In this document: positions 39,701 through 52,612 of the stretch, piece by piece
Layout: each line of letters begins with the position of its first letter
How positions within the stretch are numbered: the stretch's first letter is position 1
The notes under the pieces: model-generated
Told to the model about the DNA's origin: nothing
The model's input: the letters and a program-made list of their open reading frames with translations, nothing else
Database searches by the model: none
Program-made: the position numbers and the translations under genes
Source of the DNA: Cycas panzhihuaensis
Lineage: Eukaryota; Plantae; Cycadophyta
NCBI GenBank assembly: GCA_023213395.1
Contig: CM041465.1
Coordinates: 119,729,741 to 119,793,740 of the forward strand
Length of the DNA: 64,000 nt
Reading direction: 5' to 3'

Positions 39701-41612
39701 TTGAGTTCTATTTTTTTCTTTTAGCCACTCCATTTTGTTGTAAAGTAGACAACGGTATGCTGAAGTTTAATACTGTTTTTCTTACAGTAAGTACTAAATT
39801 CATTACTAATATATTCTTTAGTATTATTTATTCTTCAAATTTTAGTTATGTAGTTGGATTTGTTTTCTATTAAGGCTTTAAATTCTAAGAAAGTATTAAA
39901 AATTTCACAACAATTTTTAAGAATATACACCCAACACTTTATTGAACAATCATCAATAAAAATTGTCAAGTAATGACTAGCAGAATAAGAATTTTCTTGG
40001 AAAGGTTCACAAATATTTAAATAGATAAGTTCTATAGGTTGTTTAGCTCTAAAATTAATTTTATATGGAAAAGAATTTGTGTTATTTGCCTGTCATACAA
40101 GCTTCAGAGGCTCCATAGATAGTTTTGAAAGGCGATAGTCTAAGAACCATATTATGTTGGGTTATGAATCGTAGTTCTTCGTAACTCATATGGCCAAAAC
40201 GAACATGTCAAAGTTTATTGATTAGGTTTGATTGGGCAATAAAAGAAGTAAAAGTTTTCTGTTTACTGAAATGAGTTAAATCAGGTAGACTGCAGAGATC
40301 AATCTTATGATCAAGAAGTTCGGAAGCAATAGCTTTGAATTTATTTAATGGTTGTTTGACAATAAACTTATCTTTTTAGAATTCAACAAGAAGATCTTTC
40401 TAGGCAAATTTGATAAACAAAGAGAAGATTAGGTAAAAGACCAAAGACACAAAGGACATTATTAATTGAACTAATTTTTAAAAAAACATTGCCAGTTTCA
40501 ACTACTTGGAATTGGGAATCACCTCTAAAAGAAAATTCTTCTTTAGAATTGAGTCTTAGTTTGTAAGTAGATAGTAGTTCTAGTTTACCTATCATATAAT
40601 GGGTGGATCCAGAGTCTAAAATCCAAGGAGGATTTTGTATGATTGAAACAAAGAAAGCTGGTATAAAAGCAACTAAACTATAATTAGATTTTGGTTGAAT
40701 ACCCATGGAGGCTTTTCAAGCTTTAGAAATAATTCTATTTCAATATACATAAATGGTATGACCTTTCTTATGATAGTAGGCACATGTTACAATAGAATTG
40801 GATTTAGAAAAACTTTTATTTTGATGGAAATTTTGTGTATCTTAATCTTTTGAATTGATAGAATTAAATTTTGGATGATTACTAGGAATGAAATTCCTAT
40901 ATGGTTTATGGAGCTCAGAAGTATTATAATATTTGGTAGCAGATTGATAATTTTGATTTTTTTGTTTTTGAGATTTTGAATTGGAGAAAAGGCCTCTGAG
41001 GGGTCTTTTAATTCTCCCGTTTGAATTAACATAGATTGATATTCAACCAACCGGTTTATGAGTTCATCAAAAGAGATGACTGGGTGACCACATTGTTATC
41101 AAACAATTGTGTACTAGTTAAAAGCTTTAGGCTATTAAGAGTTAATGTTTAATATGTATAAATGTTTAATGTGTCTCGGAGAATATTATGTCTAAGGGTC
41201 ATTAATATTACAGTCCTAAAAGGTATTGTCATGGTCTATAGGTTAATATTTAAGTTAATCTTAAAGGTCCAATAGAAGCGTTGTGTCAAGTTATTAAGTA
41301 TGTTTATGCACATCTTTATATGTAGCGCCTAATTGGTAGGTGAAACAATTGCCAATTATGGTTGGAGTTAGAGGCATATACAAGTATAAATATGTACTCA
41401 TCTCCTTTCAATTGAATTAAGATAGAAGATTTGATATCCATGTTTTAACATGGTATCAGAGCAAGTTGGTTTTATGATCTGTTGCATATTGCCCATTTAC
41501 TAAGTGAGGTGTTGAGGTGCCCTAATTCCGCTAACGTGTGAGGAGGTGGCTCCCTAAAGCCTATTACCAATTTATCAGTTAAATTTGATGATCATTCATG
41601 AAGGGTATTTAT

Positions 41613-44600
41613 TGTTAAACCTTATGTTTACATGTTAAAACTATGTACTTTATTTTTCCATGTAATATTTGTACTTTTGTACTTTAGGGGTGACTTATCA
41701 CTTAAGTGATAAAGTGCACACCCACATTTTTTTCTAGTGACACAACATTGTCACTAAAGGGTCAAATAGACCCCCATGCACTTTTGCTCACTTGAGAGCC
41801 CTAAAATGACACATGTCCTACATGCAAGGCATGTACCTTGGATGTTTGACACTTGTCAAACATCCAATGCATTAGGTCTCTCCTTTCACTCTATATAATA
41901 AGACCTCTCCTCATTGTTCTCATATAGAGTTGGAGTTGCATTGTTATGATGTCAGTTTGCTAATCAAACTGTTATTTATTTGGAGGTTGGACCAATTCCA
42001 ACCCCTCCTCTTTGGTATCATTTTCTTGCTCATTCTTTCCATGCTTTATCTTACTTATGCTTCATCTTAGAGTTTCATACTTGTTTAGAATTTGTTGCTT
42101 TCTAGAACTAGAGTGAACCTAGCTTCTAGATCTTGGGATTATAAGGCCATTAGGCCATTTTTCACATTTGGTATCAGAGTTAGAGGAGACTAGTTCCCTC
42201 ATTGCATTTTTACGCTCAAGGAGATTCAAATAAGGGTTACAAACTCTTAGTGACGACCTTCGCCCTCCGAAGACGATCCAAGGTTTGTTGAGACCTATTT
42301 TTTACAGGTTCAAGCTTCTGGAGCAGTATAAAAAGCTGGAGCAAGGCTACTTTCATATCTCAATTTTTTTTTTCAGACCTCTGTCAAAGGTACAACATTA
42401 TTTTCTTCAAAAACAGTGTTTTTTCCTTAATTTTTCTTCAAAGAAAAAATTATTTTGCAAGAAAGGAGGTAGATCTAAGTTGTTTAGCTTTTTTTTTTAC
42501 TGTTAATCAGTCTGATAATTATTGTCTTTGACCTATAATTGATCTGCACCAAAAATCTCTTAATGTTTGGCAGATTCATTACTATTTTCAGTGTTTTTTA
42601 GCCTAAAAAACTATTGTATTTCACTCATTTCTATTAAATCTGGTTGGCTGGCCCTAAATTGACATTATTTACAGGAGTATCTGTCTTCAAAGAAGAAATC
42701 CATACCACTCTGAGGCTCTTTGAAGTGTTTGGTCTAGCTTTAGGCTATTTTTAGCCTTCAAACCACAGTGAGGGCACTTAAATTCTTCATTTTTACTTGT
42801 ACTTACAAGTACATTGTCATTTTATTGTGTTGCGTACGGGGATCCCACAAAGTGCAGATAGTGACTAAATGTCACTCCTCGGAAGTCTGTAGCAGCCGTA
42901 CGGCTCTCCAAACAGTCAATGATCCATGCACCCCCTGTGTGCTTCACTTGCTTTGTTCTCATTGCAGACTCAATCAAATCACTTTGTATCTGAGTTGCAC
43001 CTCCGTTGGACCAATGAAGACCTGCCTCTGAATTCTCAAGTGATTCCGCTAAGTATACACAGGCAGGCGGTATGTTCGTTTCATGAAGCGCCTGAGCAGT
43101 GGCTCCATTGACTTTTTTTTTTTTTCAAAAATTTCATTTTGTTAACATTTACTTTTAACATTATGTTATAAAAATTAGAATATCTTTAGTATATTCCTTT
43201 TTATATAATCTCTTTGGTCTAAACTTTATATTAAGTATTTTTTTAAGTCACTTAAAATACTAAAAAATCACTTTTTTAAGCTAACTTCAAGGTTACCTTA
43301 GCACTTCTCTCAGTTCTTTATCATATTGATTCCATTTTTAGTAAGAGAGAGACTAAACCAAGGTACTTTAGTGATTTTCCACATCAAAAGTGATATTTTC
43401 CTCTTTATTAAATTATTTTTCTTAGTCAAGACACCTTGCATGGTAACCTTTGGTTTAAATTTTCTTAAGGGATTTTTTTTTTTTTTTTGTACTTTTGGAG
43501 CTAAAAATCTTCTTAGTACTTAGTGATCTCATTAAATCACGGATACTAAGTCAATCCCACTTCTTTGAAGATTAAAAATACTTATCAAGCATTTTCAAAG
43601 GCTCCCTGCGTTGTGTCCTTATTGCTCAAAATTACAAAAAAATGTGAATTTCAACCTTTGTTTTTTAGGCATTTCAAGCTTTATTTTACACTTATTTCAT
43701 GTTTATAAGTGTAAAAAAGTCTTGTTGAAAGAGATTTTAAGTGTTGATACTTTGTCAAAAAGTGATACTTATCATTGTTTCAACACTCTTTTTTTTAAGG
43801 CACCTTGCATGGTGACCTAGTGCCCTTAGTTTCAAAAAAGGGCTAAAAAATACTTCTCTTAATAAAATCACTTTATTTTTTTATCATTGGGACTATTTTA
43901 AAGTCCCAACACTTGGTGCTTGGTGTCCTTATTTGGCAAGTGGTCTTCTTCTCTTCACTCTTGAGCATTAAAAGGAACCCACTTGTACCTTCATCACAAG
44001 GTTTTGCTTTGCTTCTTTGAGTACTTAGCATCTTTTCAAAGTACTTTTTTTGCAAAACGCATTGTACTCAAACATCTTTTTTTTACTTGGATTTGTATAG
44101 CACTCTCACTTCATTAAGTGTTCATTGTAAACAACACTTTAAGTGTTCATTTGATGTACTAAATTTGCTTATTTTGAAGCCTCTTTCATTGTAAGCTTAA
44201 TCAAGCACTTTCATAAGTACATCATCCAAGTAAAATAAATCTTAAGTTCACTTTAACCTTCTAAAAAGTGACTTTAAAAATCTTGTTGGAGAGGTCCGAA
44301 AAAGATTCAAACCTTGCATCTGAAATAACCTTAAGCTTAGTGCATTCCCTAGGAGACCAACCGACCATACGGTCAATGCACGATAATTAAGGTTGCTTGA
44401 GGGAAAGGAGGTTCAAAAAGGGTGTTATTGGGGCTGTGAATCCCAGGGAAAGCACGGTACGTCCATGTAAATCAACCCTACCTACCTTGTCCTAGATTTA
44501 ACTTGGCCAACTGTTGGATCTCCTCTATAGATCATAGTTGAACCAACTCCATAGCCTAGTCCTCCACCCCTCATCATTTCATTCAGTTGTTGGATCTTAT

Positions 44601-47600
44601 AGTAAGATCAGAACTGTTGGTTTCGTTAGAAGGTGGAACTTAAGCAACGAAAGCTTTGAGTTTCAAAGTTATCTGCTAGCTTCAAGCCTTACAACTTTAA
44701 CATGGATGCAATTAGCATGCTTAATGCATACACCATCAGATTAACAGGACAAGACAATTATCAAGAATGGAAGAGGATAACTCAAAATCTTTTAATAATG
44801 AATGAATTTTGGGGTTATGTTTCTGCAAGGATACCTCGACCTGTACCTATTGTCAATGGTGATGTAACTGTTCAACTTAGTGATGCTCTTGTTGCTGCTT
44901 GGGAAGCCAAAGATGAAATCGCTTTGGCATTCCTACATATGATTGTTTATATTCATGTGGATCAAAATATTGTGTGTGCAAAAATTTCCAAGGAAACATG
45001 GGACATTTTGTTCTCTTTGTATGAAAGGCGAGATGAAATTCCCATATTGATGGTAAAAGCCAAGTTGTATTCTGTAAAATTTGTTAAGCCTATGTCAGCT
45101 TTCCTTTCCTCCATCAAGGAGGTATGTAATGAATTGAATACATTAGGTAGTCCTGTCACTAGAGATGAGCTTATAACATCAATTACCAAAGGTTTGCCAA
45201 ATGACTACAATGGCTTTATATCTTCCACTACACGAGATGGTTCACTCAAACGAATGTCATTTAATGAACTTGAAAGCTTGTTGCTTCAAGATGAGCAAAT
45301 TTACACCAAGGATAATGAGAACAAACCATCTACATCAGGTGCATTCACAGCCAAATCAAAGGCCAAGCAGAAGCCCAAACCTGCACTTTTAAAGTAGTTT
45401 GGGAACATAAACATTGGTTCCTCAAAAACTAATGTTGTTTATCATTATTGTAACAAAGCTGACCACATAGCACCTGATTGCAGAAAGGAGCAAGCAGATC
45501 TACGACAACAATGCGTCAACAAAATCGAGACAATGATAGCCACGGCAATTCCAACAAAGATTCCAACAACAATAGCAGCAACCCCCTCGACCAAATCGAG
45601 GTGCCTATCGAGGAGGTCAAAGAGGAAGGGGGGGTTTTAGAGATGGCAATCAATGCTACTTCAATCAATTTGCAGATGAGGACAAATTATTTTGTGCTTA
45701 TCATTCATCCAAGGTTTATCAAACTTGGATCATTGACTCTAGAGCTACTCAACACATGACTGGGAGTGAAGAACTCCTTTGCAACATCAAGGAAGGAAAA
45801 GGTCAATCAGTGACCTTTGGCAACAATCAATCTGTCAAGATTTCTGGCATAGGCACAATAGCTCCGTTTCATTCTTCTTCTAATCCTTCCTCTACATTTC
45901 CCAATGGCAATACCTACTTTATACCTTCCATGGACAAAATCTTGTAATATGTTAGCAAATTAGACGAGCAACAGATGAGCGTTTTGTTCAAAAATGAGAA
46001 ATGTGTAATAAGTGACAAAAATGACCAAGTAGTAGCTGTTGGATATGAGGATATTGGCCTCTACAAATTGGATGCTAATAACATAACACTTGATTATGCT
46101 TACTCTAGTTCCATTATCACTCAAAACTTATCCAAGATGCAACTTTGGCAAAAACGTCTAGGCCATTTGAGCTTAGACAATCTCAAACAGATGGTGAACA
46201 AAAACATGGTACAAGGACTTCCGAAGATATATGGCACAAAATGTCTTTGTGAAGCATGTATAATGGGGACACAACATCGCTTACCTTTCCCTAAAGGCAA
46301 AGCTTGGCCTACATCACATCCTTTGCAACTAGTACACTCAGATTTGTGTGGACCTATGTCCACCGCATCCTTTGGAGAAGCTTTGTACTACATCTCCTTC
46401 ATTGATGACTTCTCTCATAAAGTCTGGGTCTATTTCATCAAGCATAAGTCTGAAGCATTTTCAAAGTTCAAAGAATTCAAGGTTGAAGTGGGGAACGATT
46501 TTGGCCAATCCATCAAAACACTAAGGACAGACAATGGAGGTGAATTTACTTCAAATGAATTCATCTAATTCTGCAAGGATAATGGCATTCGAAGACAACT
46601 TACTATTCCTCACACTCCTTAACAAAATGGAGTCCCCGAAAGAATGAACAAAACTTTGGCTAATAAAGCCAAAGCAATGATGCATACAAAAGGACTCACT
46701 CGAGTTTACTGGGCAGAGGCATTCCACACAACTGCATATGTGGCAAATCGAAGTCCAACTACAGCAGTCACCGACATCACACCATAGGAGGCATGGTCTG
46801 GTAAAAAGCCAACTGTCAGCCATTTGAGGACTTTTGGGTGTACTGCTTATATGCACATCCCGACTAACAAAGAACAAAATTAGACAAGGATAGTCTAAAA
46901 TGCATCTTTGTAGGTTATGTCGTTCATAGCAAAGCTTACAAGTTGTATGATCCCATTGGAAAGAAAATGCATCTCTCAAGAGATGTAATCTTTGCTGAAG
47001 ACGATCATAAGGAGTTGCAAACAACATCCATGCAATGCCCCATTAACAAAGGCAAAAAGATTGTTGAGGCTTTCCTTCCCTCTCAATCTTCAACTCCATG
47101 TACATCATCTGCACCTGTTGGACCGTCCACATCATCAGATTTAGCTCCACTTGATCCTAGCACATCTTCTGTTGATCAAGCACTTAGACCAGAAAATCTT
47201 GAGGTTTAAGTCACATCAATTAAAAAGTTACCAAAATGGTATACTCAAACAGTGCAAGACGACCACATCATTGAAGGAAAACATCCATCAAAATACAGGC
47301 AGTAAACCAATTTTGCACTTATGGATGAAGTGCTATGTGTTGATGAGCCTTCTACCTTTGAGGAGGCTTCTAAAAATGAAAATTGGAAGGCTGCCATGGA
47401 TGAAGAAATCCATTCTATTGAAAAGAATGGTACTTGGGATTTGGTCAAATTGCCTAAATACAAACAGGCAATCAGTTACAAATGGGTCTACAAGACCAAA
47501 TTCCATTATGATAGTACACTTAAGCGGCAGAAGGCTCGCCTTGTGGCAAAAGGGTTCAAACAAAAGGAAATCATAGACTACGAGGAGACTTTTGCACCAG

Positions 47601-48846
47601 TGGCTAATGTGAACACCATCAGACTCATCTTGCCCTTAGCAGCTCAATGCAAATGGCCAGTTTTTCAGATGGACGTGAAGAGCGCCTTTCTTAATAGCGA
47701 TCTTCAAGATGAGGTATACTTGGAGCAACCTCCCAATTACAAGGTACAAGGCAAGGAGCATTTAGTTTGTCGCCTAAAAAAGGCATTATATGGCTTGAAA
47801 CAAGCTCCAAGAGCATGGTACTCAAAGATCGATGATTACTTCTTGAGACATGGGTTTCATCGATCTACTTCAGATCCTAACTTATACATCAAAGATAAAA
47901 AAGACCATGTTGTTTTTATTGTTTTATATGTAGATGACTTAGTGATCACTGGCAATGACACTAAGATGATACAGATTCTCTAAGATGACTTGAGGAGGAG
48001 TTTCAAGATGACAGATCTTGGACTTCTCCATTATTTCTTAGGCTTTGAGGTATGGCAATGTGCTATATCTTCATCTCCCAAGCAAAATATTCTTGGAACA
48101 TTTTGCAGCAGTTCAGGATGCATGACTGCAAGCCATCGCCTACATCCATGGAGAATGGAACAAAGCTTACTCTCAATGAGGAAGTTGCACCTGCAGATCC
48201 CACTCTTTACCGGCAGTTGATTGGTAGCCTCATTTATCTCACCAACACTCGACCGGATATTTCATTTGCAGTTGGGATTTGTTCACGATACATGTCTCAA
48301 CCCAATCAGAAATATTAGAATGCAGCTAAACACATACTCAAATACATCAAAGGCACATTGCAGCATGGCCTTGAGTATGCACATGATGAGAACTTCACTC
48401 TGGAAGGGTTCTCAGATTTTGATTGGGCAGGTTTTGAGGATAACAGGAGATCAACCTCGAAATATTACTTTTTCCCTTAGTTCAGCAATTGTTTCATGGA
48501 GTTGCAAGAAGCAACCCAATGTTACCTTCTCCTCTATTGAAGCAGAGTACGAAGCTGCAGTCAGTGCAACTTGTGAAGCTATCTGACTACATCAGATTCT
48601 TTGAGAACTTGGACTTGAGTAAGATCATCCCACCAGGATTTATTGTGACAATCAAAGTGTGCTCAAACTAGCCAAGAATCTTGTATTTCATGCAAGGACC
48701 AAACACATTGAAGTTCATCATCATTTCATCAGAGAGTATGTGCAAAGTGGTGAGATCAACCTTCAATATCGACCAATGTAACAATGCATCAAGAAATATC
48801 TTTACCAAGCCACTTGGTAGAGAAAAATTTGTAAAATTTAGAGATG
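41613..48846 (+). mobile_element. Copia A: 5' LTR 41613-42166, PBS 42169-42179, ~2.5-kb leader, gag-pol 44702-48846; 3' end and 3' LTR missing
   Basis: gag ORF 44702-45397; LVHSDLCGP, LRTDNGGEF, QMDVKSAFL, LYVDD, NIFTKPL. Similarity to 19173-19717 ends abruptly at 48846. Confidence 0.92.
44702..45397 (+). pseudogene. gag: Copia A gag (UBN2-type), premature stop
   Basis: LTGQDNYQEWK...WGYV...GLPNDYNGF...LESLLLQDE. Confidence 0.85.
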
Positions 48847-49200
48847 TTGTTCTGTTCCTAGTGGTTGAAGCTCATTTTGAATACCTCATTCAAACTTGTT
48901 CAGTAAGAGCCTGCTTTGCTTGTAATGTAATAAAACCATAAGCAATTGAACCAGCACCTATTGGAAGTACAGAGAAATCGTGGAATGTAAAAAGTTGTCA
49001 TTGAGGTGCTGTGGTGAAGCCCTACTTGGCTCACTTTATGCCTGTAGCTATACCTATGTCCTTTATATTGCGTGATGTGAATTTGTACCTATTGTTTGTG
49101 CGTTTATGCACCATAGTTATGCCCTTTGCGTCTTTGTTTACGTGCTCCTCATGACTGTTTGCATATCACTCCTTAATTATGTGATTGTGTTGCTATCTGC

Positions 49201-49313
49201 ACAACCATTGATGCTCCTGCTACTCATATTATCGCCTTGCATAACCTACCTACACAACCATTGATGTTCCTGCTACTCATATTGCCGCCTTGCATAACCT
49301 ACCATTGATGCTC
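49201..49313 (+). repeat. 53-bp tandem repeat (2 copies plus a partial)
   Basis: ACAACCATTGATGCTCCTGCTACTCATATT...GCCTTGCATAACCTACC. Confidence 0.85.
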
Positions 49314-52300
49314 TCGGTACTCCTACGTTTTTGTGGTGTAGACCTCAAGAGAAGATTTGACACTTCCACGGCTCTCTAAGCGTTGGTTTTGAAGTTATTG
49401 ATGCCTTAATTGTGTCTACATTGATCAAAGGGACCGAAAGAATGCACCTGGTTTGAATGTCATTTGACGGAAGTATCATTCTTGTCCTTGGAAGTAAAAC
49501 GAATTCCTTCAACCAACATTGCTCAACGTTTGCCACATCTCCATGCTCATTTATTGGCCTCTAATTCAGCTCTTTCACTTGAGCTTCATGCTCATTCAGC
49601 TACCCAATTGTAAGCACAAATAAGAGAGGCTTCACTACAAGAAGAAAATGCAACATATGCAAAAGCAATAACAATCGTACATTCAGTTGTAGTGTGTGCA
49701 ACCATGGCAAAGGAGCATTTGATCAAAGCCTTGTTAAATCTATAAGAGATAAAGCCAGATATGATGACGTAGACGATTTCATGGGCAATTTCGATCGATT
49801 TATATCGATTTGATCTGGTCTTTGACGAAGAACAATCATGTAGGAGGAGAAATTTCGATGTATTCTAGTAAATTTTCGCAAGTTGATTTTGAGATAAGAA
49901 AAATATTTTTTTTCAAAGTTATGAACATGATTTAATTCGATTGAATGGTATCTTAAAATCTGTGGACACTAAGGTGGATGGGGTAGATTTAATAATTTTT
50001 TATAAAGTCAAAATTAGAATAAATCAAATTGAAATTTAATTTGAAGTTTGTTAGCCTCCTAGCAGTTAAGCCCTTGGTTCTATGCAACTACAACATGGCT
50101 TGTTGCTAATATGTTAAAAAGGTTAATCCTTTAATGGCATCAATTTATTTTTCATAAAAGGGTGTTTATATATTTTTCCTCATATTTTTGCATCCAGGAG
50201 TCTATTTGTCAAACCGTTTGAACTATTAGAACCATATTTTAGAAGCGGTCATTTTAGTATATAATTTAAAGTATTTTGTTATTGATTTGATAGAGTTATT
50301 TCAGTTTGAAGTGAATGCATGAATACTATATGATGCACCTTTAATCAACTCGTTTTTACATCATGGAGTTGAGTGACATCATAGTTTTTGTACTTGAAGA
50401 GAATGAGTACTATTTAACAAACTTTCCTTTTCTCTTACCTAAATACACATAAATAAATTATAAATGTTGGGCAATCAAAATAGAAAGTATATTTGTGTAT
50501 AAGAAGTTATGAAAAATCATCATTAATGGTTATGATGCTTTAATTAATGTAAAAGGGAAAGAAAACTTTAAGAAGAAAAATAAAATAATGATTGATATTA
50601 TGCTTATTGCATTAAACAAAGATGAGCTTCTGCATTTCCACCATTTTCTCATCCTTGCAATTTGTGATGTTGGAATCGCTCAAGAAGCCTGGAACCTCTT
50701 GAAGGATGTGCATGAAAAAACCCCTGAAAAGGTACAAGAGATTGCTAAAATGGCAAATAGTTTTTGTGATGCAGGTAAAAAGGACGAATAATTTATATAA
50801 GATGCAAAAGAAAAAATTCGTCTTGAAGAACAGGTTATATACAACAACTTAGCCAAGAATTAGAAAAATAAGTTGAAGAAGAAAGCCATAAAGGAGAATA
50901 ATCAGGCTGATTCTAGTAAAAATGAATATCACATAGATTCATCTGATGTCTTTTGTGATAAAGAAGGAAAATATGTATATGAACCTATTTCTGAAAATAG
51001 GTCCTCTGTTGATGAAGAAATATGTAAACATAATGATGATTGTAACAAAGTAATTCAAAAATCTTTATTACACATTCTTGAAGATGAACTTATTATTAAA
51101 GCGACAGATGAGTATGATGATTTGACTCTAATTTGTTATTCAAAATCTGAAAAAAAGAAGAAAATGAAGAACTAAAGACTAAGAAGGAAATTATTTTACC
51201 TATATTTTCTTCTAGCATCTTAAATTATAGCACTTTACCAAAGAATATTATATTGCAGGTTGTTGAGAAGACGAAGCTTAATCTTGAAAGAACCTATAAG
51301 AGTGGACAATCTGAAGTTAGTTTTAGGCAACATTCTTCATAAGTGATACAATATGGAGACAGTTGTCTTAATTGAAAATTGGGATAATATCACCATGATT
51401 TCTGTTGATAGAATTGTTGTTAAATTTCAATTGACACTAGGTCACACAGTTGTATGTCTATACACAGAATTCTTTATGGTTTCATTTAATATCGCAACAT
51501 TTTTAGCTCTTGCCATTGAAGAAGTTCAAGTTGTGTTCACATATCTAGCAAAGATACTAGAAAATTCCTTCAAAGAAAGGAAAGATACTTTGGCAAAAAT
51601 TGGAATGCTACTTAGACAGAATCTTATAACAGAATATGTTTAAACAATTTGTTGTACAATTCTGACAGGATATTTAATCATGAAGTCGAATCATGTTGTG
51701 GTGGTATGTTGTCTTTATGTGACCATAACATTTATTGGGAAGCTTGTACATACGACTGTAATAGAAATCCTATGTGTTCACTGTTTCAATAGCTTCCTTA
51801 GATGGTAAGAAGAAGACAAAATGGTTAGCCAAAAATTTTGTTGAATCAAAACTAGTACCAGTACTCATGATAACTAAGAAAAAATCATCATCCTTCCTTC
51901 TTCTTCAAGAGATCTTTTATTGGTTTATTTTTTATTCAATATATTTAAAGAAGATAGTCGTAGTGACAGAACTTATACTCGCTAATTTAGAAATAAATAA
52001 AGAGAAATCCCTTTTATTCTTCAAAGAAATTTTGAAGTCCAAATCATGTCTTGTCATTTTTTATCTTGGAGATAATGATCATAAAAAAGGATCACACCTG
52101 AAATATGGTCTTTTAGATATAGTTATAGCCATCAACTTAAAGCAACTTAAAAGTCAAAGAATAAAAGATGATGGAATAGATGATTCAATAAAGATGTTGC
52201 ACAGGAATAAAGAGCGCATCATGAACCATTGTTGTATTCCAAGATCAACTAAAGACAAAGACCAAGCTCTCGATATTGTCTTCAAGAAGATACCAAGATT

Positions 52301-52612
52301 CAAGTATTGCAAGTTCAAAACAACATCTCATGTTAAGTCAAGTGTTAGTGTTTTGTCAGTCCTCAATGCTTAGTATCATGATGTCATGTTAGTCTTTAGT
52401 ATTCAATCTTTTTGTGGTCTTGACATTAAACAGTAAGGGAAAGTGTTAAGAGTTAATATTTAATGTGTTTAGGAAAATATTATGTTTAAGGGTCACTAAT
52501 GTTATAATCCTAAAAAGTATTGTGCCATGGTCTATAGGTTAGTATTTAAATTAATATTAAAGGTCCAACAGAAGCAATATGTCAAGTTATTAAGTGTGTT
52601 TATACACATCTT

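Noticed and set aside
51774-52373. 199-aa ORF as a host gene
   Set aside because: It lies inside N2 directly before the PPT, and its tail matches N1 and a Copia RNase H end.
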